DNA of 64,000 nucleotides from Gammaproteobacteria bacterium (lineage in GTDB: Bacteria; Pseudomonadota; Gammaproteobacteria; Steroidobacterales; Steroidobacteraceae), in the NCBI GenBank assembly GCA_016882265.1, contig VGVB01000008.1, positions 5,862 through 69,861 on the forward strand, in the 5' to 3' direction. The position numbers and the translations under genes were made by a program. Positions 1 through 12,513 of the stretch are shown in pieces. The notes under the pieces were generated by a model. It was not told where the DNA came from. It did no database searches and was given only the letters and a program-made list of their open reading frames with translations. How positions within the stretch are numbered: position 1 is the stretch's first letter; the number at the start of each line of letters is the position of its first letter.

Positions 1-1
1 G

Positions 2-3000
2 ACCGAGCAGCTCGCGCGCTACTTCCCCGACCTCGTCAATCCGGCGATGGAGACGGCGCTGGCGCTGGTGCATTCGCGCTTCTCGACCAACACCTTCCCG
101 AGCTGGGACCGCGCTCATCCGTACCGCTACCTGGCGCACAACGGCGAGATCAATACGCTGCGCGGCAACGTCAACTGGATGGCCGCGCGCGAGGCCCGGT
201 TCGAATCGGCGCTGTTCGGCGACGACATGAAGCAGATCCCACCGATCGTCAATCCGAACGGCAGCGATTCGGCGATGTTCGACAACGTGCTCGAACTGCT
301 GGTGCTCGCCGGCCGCTCGCTGCCGCACGCGATGATGATGATGATTCCGGAGCCGTGGTCGAATCACGCCGACATGGACGACGCGCGGCGCGCCTTCTAC
401 CAGTACCACTCGAGCCTGATGGAGCCGTGGGACGGCCCGGCTTCGATCGCCTTCACCGACGGCGTGCGCATCGGCGCGGTGCTCGACCGCAACGGCCTGC
501 GCCCGTCGCGCTACTACGTGACCAGGGACGGCCTCGTCGTGATGGCCTCCGAGGCCGGCGTGCTGGACATCCCGCCGGAGAACGTGCTGTGCAAGGGCCG
601 CCTGCAGCCCGGCCGCATGTTCCTCGTCGACACCGAACTGGGCCGCATCGTCGACGACGCCGAGATCAAGAGCGCGATCGCGGCCGAGCGGCCGTACCGG
701 CAGTGGCTCGATGAGCATCTCGTGCACCTCGACCAGATTCCGCCGGCGCCGGAGGTGCCGGCACCGGATCACGACACGCTGCTGCACCGGCAGATCGCTT
801 TCGGCTACACCTTCGAGGACCAGCGCCTGCTGCTGACGCCGATGGCGCGCGACGGCGTCGAGGCGCTCGGCTCGATGGGCAACGACACGCCGCTGGCGGT
901 GCTGTCGGAACGGCCGCGGCTGCTGTACGACTATTTCAAGCAGTTGTTCGCGCAGGTCACCAACCCGCCGATCGACAGCATCCGCGAGGAGCTGATCACT
1001 GCGTCCGAGGTCTGGCTCGGCTCCGAGGGCAACCTGCTCGAGCCGCAGCCGGCCGACTGCCGGCGCGTCGAGCTGTCCGGGCCGATCCTCGACAATGAGC
1101 AGTTCGCGAAAGTGCGGCGCCTCGACCTGCCGGGCATCCGCGCCGGCGTGCTGCCGGCGCTGTTTCGTGCGGCGCGCGGCGAGAAGGGGCTCGCGGCGGC
1201 GCTCACCGAGCTGTGCGAGCGCGCCTGGCGCATGGTCGTGGACGAGGGCCAGAACGTCCTGATCCTCAGCGACCGCGGGGTCAGCCGCGAATTCGTGCCG
1301 ATTCCGGCGCTGCTGGCCGTCGCCGGGCTGCACCACTTCCTGATCCGCGAGGGACTGCGCACGCGCGTCAGCCTCGTACTCGAGACTGGCGAGGCGCGCG
1401 AGGTGCACCACTTCGCGCTGCTGATCGGCTACGGCTGCAGCGCGATCAATCCGTACCTGGCGCTCGAGACCCTCGACGGCATGATCGAGGACGGTCTGCT
1501 GCCCGGCCTCGACCACCGCAGCGCCGTGAAGAACTACGTCAAGGCCGCGACCAAGGGCGTGGTCAAGACCATGTCGAAGATGGGCATCTCGGCGGTGCAG
1601 AGCTACCACGGCGCCCAGGTGTTCGAGGCCGTGGGCCTGCGCCAGGACGTCATCGACGAGTATTTCACCTGGACCGCCTCGCGCATCGGCGGCATCGGCA
1701 TCGAGGTCATCGCTCGCGAAGCCCTGCTGCGCCACCGCCAGGCCTTCCCGGCGCGGCCGGTGGACGGCCACAGCCTCGCGCCGGGCGGCCTGTACCAGTG
1801 GCGCGCCGACGGCGAGCACCATCTGTTCAACCCGGAGACCGTGCACCTGCTGCAGCAGGCGGTGCGCAGCGGCGATTACGCGACCTGGCGCGAGTACGCG
1901 ACGCGGGTCAACGATCAGTCGCGCCGGCTGGCGACGCTGCGCGGACTGCTGCAGTTCACCGCCGGCACGCCGGTGCTGCTCGACGAGGTCGAGCCGGTCG
2001 AGAGCCTCCTGCTGCGCTTCAAGACCGGCGCGATGTCCTACGGCTCGATCAGCCAGGAAGCGCACGAGACGCTGGCGATCGCGATGAACCGCATCGGCGG
2101 CAAGTCCAACACCGGCGAGGGCGGCGAGGATCCGGAGCGCTACCAGCCGCTGCCGAACGGCGACTCGAAGAACTCCGCGATCAAGCAGGTCGCCTCGGGC
2201 CGCTTCGGCGTGACCAGCGAGTACCTGGTCAACGCGCAGGAACTGCAGATCAAGATGGCGCAGGGCGCCAAGCCCGGCGAGGGCGGCCAGTTGCCGGGCA
2301 CCAAGGTCTATCCGTGGATCGCGCGCACGCGGCACACGACCGCCGGCGTCGGCCTGATTTCGCCGCCGCCGCACCACGATATCTACTCGATCGAGGACCT
2401 GGCCGAGCTGATCCACGACCTGAAGAACGCCAACCGCGACGCGCGCATCAGCGTCAAGCTGGTCGCCGAGGTCGGCGTCGGCACGATCGCCGCCGGGGTC
2501 GCCAAGGCCCACGCCGACGTCGTGCTGATCAGCGGCTACGACGGCGGCACCGGTGCCTCGCCGCGCAGTTCGATCTTCCATGCCGGCCTGCCGTGGGAGC
2601 TGGGACTGGCCGAGACGCACCAGACGCTGGTGCTCAACAACCTGCGCAGCCGCATCCGCGTCGAAACGGACGGCCAGCTCAAGACCGGCCGCGACGTCGT
2701 CATCGCCGCGCTGCTCGGCGCCGAGGAATTCGGCTTTGCGACCGCACCGCTCGTCGCGATGGGCTGCGTGATGATGCGCGTCTGCCACCTCAACACCTGC
2801 CCGACCGGCATCGCGACGCAGGACCCGCGCCTGCGCGAGCGTTTCGCCGGTGAGCCCGGGCACGTGATCCACTTCATGCGCTTCGTCGCCCAGGAGGCGC
2901 GCGAGCTGATGGCCGAACTCGGCTTCCGCACGCTCGACGAAATGGTCGGGCGCGTCGATCGGCTCGAGCCGGTGCACGCGCTGGAGCACTGGAAGGCGCG

Positions 3001-3973
3001 CGGCTTCGATTTCAGCAACATCCTGTACCAGCCGGATCTCGGGCCGGAGGTCGGGCGCTACTGCCAGATCGCGCAGGACCACGGGCTGCAGGACTCGCTC
3101 GACCTGCAGCAGCTTCTGGCCATCTGCCAGCCGGCGCTCGAGCGCGGCGCGCAGGTCAGCGCCGAGCTGCCGATCCGCAACGTCAACCGCGTCGTCGGCA
3201 CGATCACCGGCAGTGAGGTCACGAAGAAGTGGGGCGCGAAGGGTCTGCCGCACGACACGATCCGGATCCGCTTCACCGGCTCGGCCGGGCAGAGCTTCGG
3301 CGCGTTCCTGCCCAAGGGCATGACCTTCACGCTCGAGGGCGACGCCAACGACTACTGCGGCAAGGGCCTGTCCGGCGGCCGGATCATCGTGTTCCCGCCG
3401 GCCGCGGCCACGTTCCGCGCCGAGGACAACATCATCGTCGGCAACGTCGCGTTCTACGGCGCGACCAGCGGCGAGGCCTTCATCCGCGGCATGGCCGGTG
3501 AGCGCTTCGCGGTGCGCAACAGCGGCATGGACGCGGTGGTCGAGGCGGTCGGCGATCACGGCTGCGAATACATGACCGGCGGGCGCGTCGTCGTGCTCGG
3601 CCCGACCGGACGCAACTTCGGCGCCGGCATGTCCGGTGGTATCGCTTACGTGCTCGACGAGGCGGGCACGCTCGAGCGCAACATCAACCGGCAGATGGTC
3701 GGCACGGAGAGCGTCACCGACGCGGAGGAGATCGCCGGGCTGCGGGCGCTGATCGAGCGGCACGCGACGCTGACCGGCAGCAGCCGCGCGCGCGCGGTGC
3801 TCGACGGCTGGCACCGGCTCGTGTCGAAGTTCGTGCGCGTGATCCCGCGCGACTACCAGCGCATGCTGTCCTGCATCCGGCGCGCCCACGAGCAGGGCCT
3901 GACCGGCGACGAGGCGATCATGGTGGCGTTCGAGGAGAACGCGCGCGACCTGGCGCGCGTCGGCGGCAACTGA
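2..3973 (+). CDS. gltB: Glutamate synthase large subunit (5'-truncated by window edge)
   Basis: [26 protein letters not shown] amidotransferase motifs; [20 protein letters not shown] domain; [15 protein letters not shown] 3Fe-4S motif; frame is open back to position 2. Confidence 0.98.
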   Translation, partial: TEQLARYFPDLVNPAMETALALVHSRFSTNTFPSWDRAHPYRYLAHNGEINTLRGNVNWMAAREARFESALFGDDMKQIPPIVNPNGSDSAMFDNVLELLVLAGRSLPHAMMMMIPEPWSNHADMDDARRAFYQYHSSLMEPWDGPASIAFTDGVRIGAVLDRNGLRPSRYYVTRDGLVVMASEAGVLDIPPENVLCKGRLQPGRMFLVDTELGRIVDDAEIKSAIAAERPYRQWLDEHLVHLDQIPPAPEVPAPDHDTLLHRQIAFGYTFEDQRLLLTPMARDGVEALGSMGNDTPLAVLSERPRLLYDYFKQLFAQVTNPPIDSIREELITASEVWLGSEGNLLEPQPADCRRVELSGPILDNEQFAKVRRLDLPGIRAGVLPALFRAARGEKGLAAALTELCERAWRMVVDEGQNVLILSDRGVSREFVPIPALLAVAGLHHFLIREGLRTRVSLVLETGEAREVHHFALLIGYGCSAINPYLALETLDGMIEDGLLPGLDHRSAVKNYVKAATKGVVKTMSKMGISAVQSYHGAQVFEAVGLRQDVIDEYFTWTASRIGGIGIEVIAREALLRHRQAFPARPVDGHSLAPGGLYQWRADGEHHLFNPETVHLLQQAVRSGDYATWREYATRVNDQSRRLATLRGLLQFTAGTPVLLDEVEPVESLLLRFKTGAMSYGSISQEAHETLAIAMNRIGGKSNTGEGGEDPERYQPLPNGDSKNSAIKQVASGRFGVTSEYLVNAQELQIKMAQGAKPGEGGQLPGTKVYPWIARTRHTTAGVGLISPPPHHDIYSIEDLAELIHDLKNANRDARISVKLVAEVGVGTIAAGVAKAHADVVLISGYDGGTGASPRSSIFHAGLPWELGLAETHQTLVLNNLRSRIRVETDGQLKTGRDVVIAALLGAEEFGFATAPLVAMGCVMMRVCHLNTCPTGIATQDPRLRERFAGEPGHVIHFMRFVAQEARELMAELGFRTLDEMVGRVDRLEPVHALEHWKARGFDFSNILYQPDLGPEVGRYCQIAQDHGLQDSLDLQQLLAICQPALERGAQVSAELPIRNVNRVVGTITGSEVTKKWGAKGLPHDTIRIRFTGSAGQSFGAFLPKGMTFTLEGDANDYCGKGLSGGRIIVFPPAAATFRAEDNIIVGNVAFYGATSGEAFIRGMAGERFAVRNSGMDAVVEAVGDHGCEYMTGGRVVVLGPTGRNFGAGMSGGIAYVLDEAGTLERNINRQMVGTESVTDAEEIAGLRALIERHATLTGSSRARAVLDGWHRLVSKFVRVIPRDYQRMLSCIRRAHEQGLTGDEAIMVAFEENARDLARVGGN

Positions 3974-3975
3974 CC

Positions 3976-5460
3976 ATGGGCAAGCCCACCGGCTTCATCG
4001 AATTCCTGCGCGAAGTGCCGGTCGATCGCGCGCCGCGAGAGCGCATCCGCGACTGGGACGAGTTCCACCTCGAGCTCGAGGAGCGCCGGCTGCGCCAGCA
4101 GGGCGCGCGCTGCATGGACTGCGGCACGCCGTTCTGCCACACCGGACTGCTGCTGAACGGCGCGGCTTCCGGCTGCCCGATCAACAACCTGATCCCGGAA
4201 TGGAACGATCTCGTCTACCGCGGCCTGTGGCATGAGGCGCTCACGCGCCTGCACCGCACCAACAACTTCCCCGAGTTCACCGGCCGGGTCTGCCCGGCAC
4301 CGTGCGAGGGCTCCTGCGTGCTCGGCCTGCACGCGCCGGCGGTGACGATCAAGAACATCGAGTGCAGCATCGTCGAGCGCGGCTGGGAGGAGGGCTGGAT
4401 CCTGCCCGAGCCGCCGGTGGCGCGCACCGGCAAGAAGGTCGTCGTGATCGGTTCCGGTCCCGCGGGACTGGCCGCGGCTGCGCAGCTCAACCGTGCCGGG
4501 CACCTGGTCACTGTGCTCGAGCGCGCCGAGCGGCCGGGCGGCCTGCTGATGTACGGCATCCCGAACATGAAGCTCGACAAGCACGAGGTCGTCGCGCGGC
4601 GCCTGCGCCTGCTGGAGGCCGAGGGCGTCAAGTTCATCTGCAACGCCAACGTCGGCGAGAACGTCGAGGCGCAGTTGCTGCTGACGGACTTCGACGCGAC
4701 GGTGATCTGTACCGGCGCGACGCGCCCGCGGGATCTGCCGGTCGAGGGGCGCGGACTCAGTGACGTGCTGTTCGCCATGGACTACCTGACCGCGGCGACC
4801 CGCGCGGTGCTGGCCGGCACGCCGGACGAGACGCCGCTGCACGCCCGCGGCCGCGACGTCGTCGTGATCGGTGGCGGTGACACCGGCACCGACTGCGTCG
4901 CCACTGCGCTGCGCCAGGGCTGCCGCTCGCTGCTGCAGTTCGAGATCCTGCCGCGACCGCCGGCCGAGCGGGGCGCCGACAACCCATGGCCGGAATGGCC
5001 GCGGATCCAGCGCAGCGACTACGGCCACGAAGAAGCGGCGGCACGTTTCGGCAGCGATCCGCGCGTGTACCAGACCACGGTGCAGCGCTTCAACGGTGAC
5101 GCCGACGGCAACGTGCGCGAAGTCGTCACCGTCGAAGTCGACTGGGCGCGCGACGCCGAGGGCCGCTGGCAGTCGCGCGAGCGAGCCGGCAGCGAACGTG
5201 TGCGACCGGCGCAGATCGTACTGCTGGCGCTCGGTTTCCTCGGCCCGGAAGCGGGGCTGCTGCGCGACTTCGGCGTCACCACCGATGCGCGCGGCAACGT
5301 GCAGGCCGGCCACGGCAGTTACGCCACCAACGTGAAGGGCGTGTTCGCCGCCGGCGACTGCCGCCGCGGCCAGAGCCTGGTGGTCTGGGCGATCCACGAG
5401 GGCCGCGGCGTCGCCCGCGAGGTGGATCGTTACCTGATGGGCAGCACCGATCTGCCGTAG
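3976..5460 (+). CDS. gltD: Glutamate synthase small subunit
   Basis: [52 protein letters not shown]; starts 2 nt after gltB. Confidence 0.98.
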   Translation: MGKPTGFIEFLREVPVDRAPRERIRDWDEFHLELEERRLRQQGARCMDCGTPFCHTGLLLNGAASGCPINNLIPEWNDLVYRGLWHEALTRLHRTNNFPEFTGRVCPAPCEGSCVLGLHAPAVTIKNIECSIVERGWEEGWILPEPPVARTGKKVVVIGSGPAGLAAAAQLNRAGHLVTVLERAERPGGLLMYGIPNMKLDKHEVVARRLRLLEAEGVKFICNANVGENVEAQLLLTDFDATVICTGATRPRDLPVEGRGLSDVLFAMDYLTAATRAVLAGTPDETPLHARGRDVVVIGGGDTGTDCVATALRQGCRSLLQFEILPRPPAERGADNPWPEWPRIQRSDYGHEEAAARFGSDPRVYQTTVQRFNGDADGNVREVVTVEVDWARDAEGRWQSRERAGSERVRPAQIVLLALGFLGPEAGLLRDFGVTTDARGNVQAGHGSYATNVKGVFAAGDCRRGQSLVVWAIHEGRGVAREVDRYLMGSTDLP

Positions 5461-5513
5461 CGGCGCGCGGCGGCCGGATCGCAAACCCAAGCCCGGCGGA
5501 GCGACGAGTTCCG

Positions 5514-6350
5514 TCAGCAGTCCGCACTCGGCGGAAATTCCCGGTACTGCGGGAGGTCGTCGGCGATGTCGAACCACGGCGCCTTCGAGCCGACGAAGAT
5601 GTGCAGTTGCGGGCGCAGGCCGGGATCGTCATCCAGCGAGCCCATCGGAATGCCGACCGGGCCGGCGGCGGGGCGCGGCAGCGAGGAGCCGCAGTCGACG
5701 CAGAACGCGTAACTGAAACGCGGCGCTTCCGGCAGCGTGAATGTCTGCAGCCGATCGGCGCCCCGCGTGTAGGTCACGGCCGCAAAGAGATAGGAGCCAT
5801 GCGCCGCCGAGCGGGCCCGGCGGCAGCGACTGCAGTGGCAATTGACACTTCGCTGCGGCGCGGCGGCGAGGCGATACGCGACTGCCCCGCACAAACAACT
5901 TCCGCGCGGCGTACCCGGCGGGTCCGACGATCGGCACTCCGGAAGAGACGGCGCCGCAATGCCCGGCGGATAGCAGTCGAAGCGCGGCAGACGATCGGGG
6001 ATCTCGTACCACGGGGCTTTCGAAGCGGTGAAGATATGCGCCAGCGGACGAATGCCGGGGTCCTCGGTGAAGTTCCCGGCTGGCACGAAGACCTGACCGT
6101 CGACGGGGTCGCCGGGCACCACCGAACCGCAGTGCCGGCAGAAACAGCGGTATGCACCAGGCGCTGATTCCCAGCGGGCCCGGTGAGTCGTGCCGGACAG
6201 GCGGAAGTTCGCCACCCGGCCGGCCAGATAGGTCGCAAAGGCCGACCCATGTGCCTTGCGGCACCGCGAGCAATGGCAATGCACCATCGACTCGAACGGC
6301 CCGTCGAGTTCCCAGGCGACGGCTCCGCACAGGCACTGCGCACTCGCCAT
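5514..6350 (-). CDS. Tandem-domain GFA/CENP-V family zinc protein
   Basis: Two copies of CLCGAV...CHCSRCR...FCxxCGS...HIFxxSKAPW; ATG at 6350 preceded by GGAG. Confidence 0.88.
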   Translation of the reverse strand: MASAQCLCGAVAWELDGPFESMVHCHCSRCRKAHGSAFATYLAGRVANFRLSGTTHRARWESAPGAYRCFCRHCGSVVPGDPVDGQVFVPAGNFTEDPGIRPLAHIFTASKAPWYEIPDRLPRFDCYPPGIAAPSLPECRSSDPPGTPRGSCLCGAVAYRLAAAPQRSVNCHCSRCRRARSAAHGSYLFAAVTYTRGADRLQTFTLPEAPRFSYAFCVDCGSSLPRPAAGPVGIPMGSLDDDPGLRPQLHIFVGSKAPWFDIADDLPQYREFPPSADC

Positions 6351-6449
6351 GTCAGTCTCCGGTCTCCACAACGGACTCTACGTGGCTGCGACCGTGCTCT
6401 CAACGAGATCCGGCGGAGCGACTGCGCCGGCGCCCGGGTGGCGGCACGC

Positions 6450-7562
6450 TCACGCCCGATGCGCCCGCGCCAGGTACTCCCGCCCCTGCATCTCGTGCAA
6501 TCGGCTGGCCGTGCGCCGAAACTCGAAGGCGAGGCGCTGGCCGCGGTACAGGTCATCGGGCGTGGCCGCGGCGCAGGACAACAACAGCTTGACGCCGCGG
6601 TCGTAGAACTCGTCGACCAGCGTGATCAGGCGCCGCGCGGCATCGTCGGCCAGCGCATCGAGTGCCGGCACGCCGCTGATCAGCACTGTGTGGTAGCAGC
6701 GTGCCAGCTCGATGTAGTCGGCAGCGGCGCGCGGCCGCACGCACAGCTCGTCGAAGTCGAACCACACGATGTCCTCGGTCGCCCCGCGCGCCCGCAGGGG
6801 GCGTCCGGCGATGACGATGCGCGGGTCGGCGGTCGCGCCGTCGGCGGCCAGTGCGGCGAATTCCGCGGCGAGGCGCTGTTCACGGTCGGCGACGGCGGCA
6901 CCGAGAAAGGTCGGCAGCCGCTCGAGTTGCCGCAGCCGGTAGTCGTCGGGGCCATCCAGTTCGAGCACCAGGCAATGGCGCTCGAGCAGCGCGATCGCCG
7001 GCAGGAAGCGGGCGCGCTGCAGGCCGTCGCGGTACAGGTTGGCGGGAGCGACGTTCGAAGTCGCGACCAGCGTGACGCCGCGGGCGAACAGCGCCTCGAG
7101 CAGGCCGCCGAGGATCATCGCGTCGGCAATGTCGCTGACCACGAACTCGTCGAAGCACAGCAGGCGGGTGCTGGTGGCCAGATCGTCCGCGACGCGCGCG
7201 AGCGGCTCGGGCCGGTTGCGATGCCGGCGCAGGCCGGCGTGCACGTCCTGCATGAAGCGATGGAAGTGCTCGCGCCGCTTGTCCGGCAGTGGCAGCTCAG
7301 CGCAGAACTGGTCCATCAGGAAGGTCTTGCCGCGGCCGACCGCGCCCCACAGGTACAGGCCGCGCAACGGCGTCACGCGACGGCGCGGAGCGAGCGCGGC
7401 GAGTCCGCGTGCCAGCAACGTCGGCCGTGCGGCGCGCGCCAGCAGCCGCCGGCGCAGATCCTCGAGGCGGGCGATCGCCCGGCGTTGCGCCGCATCCGGC
7501 TGGTGGCCGTGAGCGGCGAGCGCGGCCGTGATCCGGGCCGCGAGCGGCGACGCGCTGTGCAT
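6450..7562 (-). CDS. zapE: AFG1/ZapE family ATPase
   Basis: GLYLWGAVGRGKT Walker A, LCFDEF Walker B, LYRDGLQR, RTASRLHEM. Confidence 0.93.
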   Translation of the reverse strand: MHSASPLAARITAALAAHGHQPDAAQRRAIARLEDLRRRLLARAARPTLLARGLAALAPRRRVTPLRGLYLWGAVGRGKTFLMDQFCAELPLPDKRREHFHRFMQDVHAGLRRHRNRPEPLARVADDLATSTRLLCFDEFVVSDIADAMILGGLLEALFARGVTLVATSNVAPANLYRDGLQRARFLPAIALLERHCLVLELDGPDDYRLRQLERLPTFLGAAVADREQRLAAEFAALAADGATADPRIVIAGRPLRARGATEDIVWFDFDELCVRPRAAADYIELARCYHTVLISGVPALDALADDAARRLITLVDEFYDRGVKLLLSCAAATPDDLYRGQRLAFEFRRTASRLHEMQGREYLARAHRA

Positions 7563-7567
7563 CGGTG

Positions 7568-9517
<1,950 letters not shown>

Positions 9518-9518
9518 C

Positions 9519-11114
9519 CTAGAGCTGGTTGTAGTTCGGTCCGGATCCGCCCTCGGGCGTGGTCCAGGTGATGATCCCGTACGGATCCTTGATGTCGCAG
9601 GCCTTGCAGTGCACGCAGTTGGCGGCGTTGATCTGCAGGCGGCGGTTGCCGCTGTCGTCGCTGACCATCTCGTAGACGCCGGCCGGGCAGAACTTCTCGC
9701 AGGGATTTCCGAACTCCGCGGTGCAGCGCGTCACGCAGATCGAGGGATCGGCCACCTTCAGGTGTACGGGCTGGCTTTCCTCATGCGCGTTGCCAGCATT
9801 GAAGACCGCGGCGAGCCGGTCGCGCGGCGGGAGTGTGCGCTCCGTCCAGCCGCGCTCTGGCGTGGCGCCCGCGTCGAGCTGCTGCAGCGCCGTGTGGTTC
9901 TCGTGGTTGGCGAGCGTCCACGGGCTGCGGCCGCCGAGCACGGTCTCGAGCCCGGCATTGGCAAGGCCCACCCACAGACCGCCGCGGAAACCGGGCTTGA
10001 CGTTGCGCACGCGGCGCAGTTCCTGGCCGCCGGCCGACGCGCGCCAGCGCGCATCGAAGCCCTCGGTCGCGCCGCGCTCGACGAGATGCTCCGCGGCCAG
10101 CACGCCGGAGCGGATCGCCTGGTGCACGCCCTTGATCTTCGGCACGTTCAGCGTGCCGGCCGCATCGCCGACCAGCAGCAAACCCGGCGCGTCCATGCGC
10201 GGCAGCGACTGCCAGCCGCCCGCCGCGATCGTGCGTGCGCCGTAGCCGAGCAGTTCGCCGCCCTCGAGCAGCGGCCGGACGCTCGGGTGATGCTTGAACT
10301 GCTGGAACGCCTCGAACGGGCTGAAGCGCGGATCACGGTAGTCGAGCCCGACGACGAAGCCGAGGTACACGCGATCCTGATCGAGGTGATAGAGAAAACT
10401 GCCGCCGTAGGTGCGCGCATCGAGCGGCCAGCCGATCGTGTGGCGGATCAGTCCCGGCTCTGCGCGACCCGCAGGAAGCTGCCACAGCTCCTTGAAGCCG
10501 AGCCCGTAGGTCGGCGGCGAACAACCGTCCGCCAGCTTGAGGCGCGCGATCACCTGCTTGGTGACGCTGCCGCGGCAGCCCTCAACGAGCACGGTCGTGC
10601 CGGCATGGATCTCGGCGCCCGGCGTGTGATTGGGCCCGGGCGTGCCGTCCTTGTTGAGCCCCATGTCGCCGATGCGCACGCCGCGGACGCGGCCGTCGTC
10701 GGCGTAAACCGCCTCAGCGGCGGCGAATCCGGGGAAGATATCGACGCCGAGCGCCTCGGCGCGGGTCGCCATCCAGGCGGCGAGCAGCCCGAGCGAGACG
10801 ATGAAATTGCCCGCGTTGTGCATCTGCGGCGGATTCGGCATCCACCAGCTCCGCCGCCGGGTCAGCAGGCGGAACTCGTCGCGCGCCGCCGGCACGCAGA
10901 TCGCGGGCGGCGACTCGCGCCATTCCGGCAGCAGGGCATCGAGCGGTCCGGGTTCCATGACGCAGCCGGACAGGAGCTGCGCGCCGACCGCCGAGCCCTT
11001 CTCCAGCACGCAGATACTGAGCTCCGGTTGAAGCTGCTTCAGGCGGATCGCGCAGGCGAGACCGGCCGGGCCAGCGCCGACCACGACCACGTCGTATTCC
11101 ATCACCTCAGTCAT
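9519..11114 (-). CDS. Electron transfer flavoprotein-ubiquinone oxidoreductase
   Basis: VVGAGPAG FAD motif, KELW, NVPKIKGVH, FCPAGVYE...NCVHCKACDIKDP, PEGGSGPNY. Confidence 0.95.
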   Translation of the reverse strand: MTEVMEYDVVVVGAGPAGLACAIRLKQLQPELSICVLEKGSAVGAQLLSGCVMEPGPLDALLPEWRESPPAICVPAARDEFRLLTRRRSWWMPNPPQMHNAGNFIVSLGLLAAWMATRAEALGVDIFPGFAAAEAVYADDGRVRGVRIGDMGLNKDGTPGPNHTPGAEIHAGTTVLVEGCRGSVTKQVIARLKLADGCSPPTYGLGFKELWQLPAGRAEPGLIRHTIGWPLDARTYGGSFLYHLDQDRVYLGFVVGLDYRDPRFSPFEAFQQFKHHPSVRPLLEGGELLGYGARTIAAGGWQSLPRMDAPGLLLVGDAAGTLNVPKIKGVHQAIRSGVLAAEHLVERGATEGFDARWRASAGGQELRRVRNVKPGFRGGLWVGLANAGLETVLGGRSPWTLANHENHTALQQLDAGATPERGWTERTLPPRDRLAAVFNAGNAHEESQPVHLKVADPSICVTRCTAEFGNPCEKFCPAGVYEMVSDDSGNRRLQINAANCVHCKACDIKDPYGIITWTTPEGGSGPNYNQL

Positions 11115-11120
11115 GGCGAA

Positions 11121-11126
11121 AGTATA
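11121..11126 (-). promoter_or_regulatory. Putative -10 box TATACT, 6 nt before the ETF-QO ATG (leaderless)
   Basis: Minus strand reads TATACT-TTCGCC-ATG with no SD. Confidence 0.55.
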
Positions 11127-11192
11127 GCGAAAAAGGGGACGCTTCCCTTTTTCACCGAGGACGGTGAAAAAGGGAAGCGTCCCCTTTTTCGC
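11127..11192. repeat. Perfect 31-bp inverted repeat, 4-nt loop, REP/REPIN-like nested palindrome (copy 1)
   Basis: GCGAAAAAGGGGACGCTTCCCTTTTTCACCG-agga-CGGTGAAAAAGGGAAGCGTCCCCTTTTTCGC. Confidence 0.9.
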
Positions 11193-12513
11193 CCACCAGA
11201 ACGGTGGTCATCGCATCAGAGCGCAGGAAGCGCTGCGCGGCGGCGCTGACCTCGGCCGGCGTCACGGCGTGGACACTGGCGACCCAGCGGGTCAGGTACT
11301 CGTCCGGCAGGCCGTGCAGGTCGAGGAAGGCAAGCTGCGCGAGCAGGCCGTCGGCGCTCGAGTTGACGACGACGAACAGGCCGGCGCGGTAATTCGCGAT
11401 CGCGCGCAGCTCCTCCGGCGGCGGCGGCTCGCTGCGCAGCCGCTCGATCTCGCGGTTGATCTCCACGAGGGCTGCCGCGGTGTGGGCCGCGGTCACGTCC
11501 GCCTCGAGCACCCACAGCGCGGCGCCGCGGAACAGGCGGAGCGAGGAGCCGGGCGAGTACGCATAGCCCTTGTCCTCGCGCAGGTTGCTGGTGATCCGCG
11601 AGATGAACGAGCCGCCGAGCAGGGTGTTCATCACCGAGAGCGGAAACCACCCGGCCTGCGCCGGGCCGGTGACCGGCACGGCGATCCGCACGGTGGTCTG
11701 GTTCGAGCCGGGCCGCTCGATGAACTGCTGCCGGGCCTGCGCGCTCGCGACCGGCGGGTGATCGGTCGGCGCCGCGCCCGCCGGCCAGTCGGCAAAGACC
11801 TCGCGCAGCGCCGCTTCCAGTGTGCCGCGCTCGAAGCGGCCGGCGATGTACAGATGCGTGCGCCGCGCGCCGAAGTTGCGCGCATGGAATTCGCGCACTG
11901 CCTCGATACCGTAGCCCGCGAGCTGGCCGGGGCGCGGCAAGGTTCGCGCGAACGGATGCTCGCCCCAGATCATTGCGGCGAGCGCCTCGTCGGCGAGCGC
12001 ATCGGGCTCGGCGCGCGCGACGCTCAGCCGGCGCTCGAAGTTCGCAAGCACACGTGGCAGCTCGCCGGCCGGGAAGCGCGGCTGCCGCAGCAGGTCGGCG
12101 ATCAGGCGCACGGCCTGCGGCGCGTGCTCCGAGAGTACCGACAGGCCGACGCTGGTCTGCTCGGCGCCGGCGGCGAGCGCGAGGCTGCCGCCCATGCCGG
12201 CGACGTCGCGCGCGATGTCTTCGGCACTGCGCCCGCCCGCCCCTTCGCGCAGCATCTCGACCGCGACGTCGGCGAGCCAGGTGTTCTCGCCCTCGTCGAC
12301 GTTGCCGGTGCGCACGACCGCGAGCACGGTGGTCTTCGGAATGCGGCCCCAGGGAACGAAGGTGATGGCGAGGCCGTTGTCGAGGCACACGGTCTCCTTC
12401 GCTGGCAGCGCGAAGTCGCGCGGCGTGCCGGGTGCTGGCGGAGACTCGGCGGCTCCGGCGCCGGTGACCAGCGCCGCAGCGAGGACCGCAGCCGCGAAGA
12501 CGACCGACTTCAT
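11152..12513 (-). CDS. M16 (pitrilysin) family peptidase, non-catalytic subunit, with signal peptide
   Basis: LDNGL start, SRITSNLREDKGYAYS motif, no HXXEH; overlaps the partner gene. Confidence 0.88.
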   Translation of the reverse strand: MKSVVFAAAVLAAALVTGAGAAESPPAPGTPRDFALPAKETVCLDNGLAITFVPWGRIPKTTVLAVVRTGNVDEGENTWLADVAVEMLREGAGGRSAEDIARDVAGMGGSLALAAGAEQTSVGLSVLSEHAPQAVRLIADLLRQPRFPAGELPRVLANFERRLSVARAEPDALADEALAAMIWGEHPFARTLPRPGQLAGYGIEAVREFHARNFGARRTHLYIAGRFERGTLEAALREVFADWPAGAAPTDHPPVASAQARQQFIERPGSNQTTVRIAVPVTGPAQAGWFPLSVMNTLLGGSFISRITSNLREDKGYAYSPGSSLRLFRGAALWVLEADVTAAHTAAALVEINREIERLRSEPPPPEELRAIANYRAGLFVVVNSSADGLLAQLAFLDLHGLPDEYLTRWVASVHAVTPAEVSAAAQRFLRSDAMTTVLVGEKGDASLFHRPR

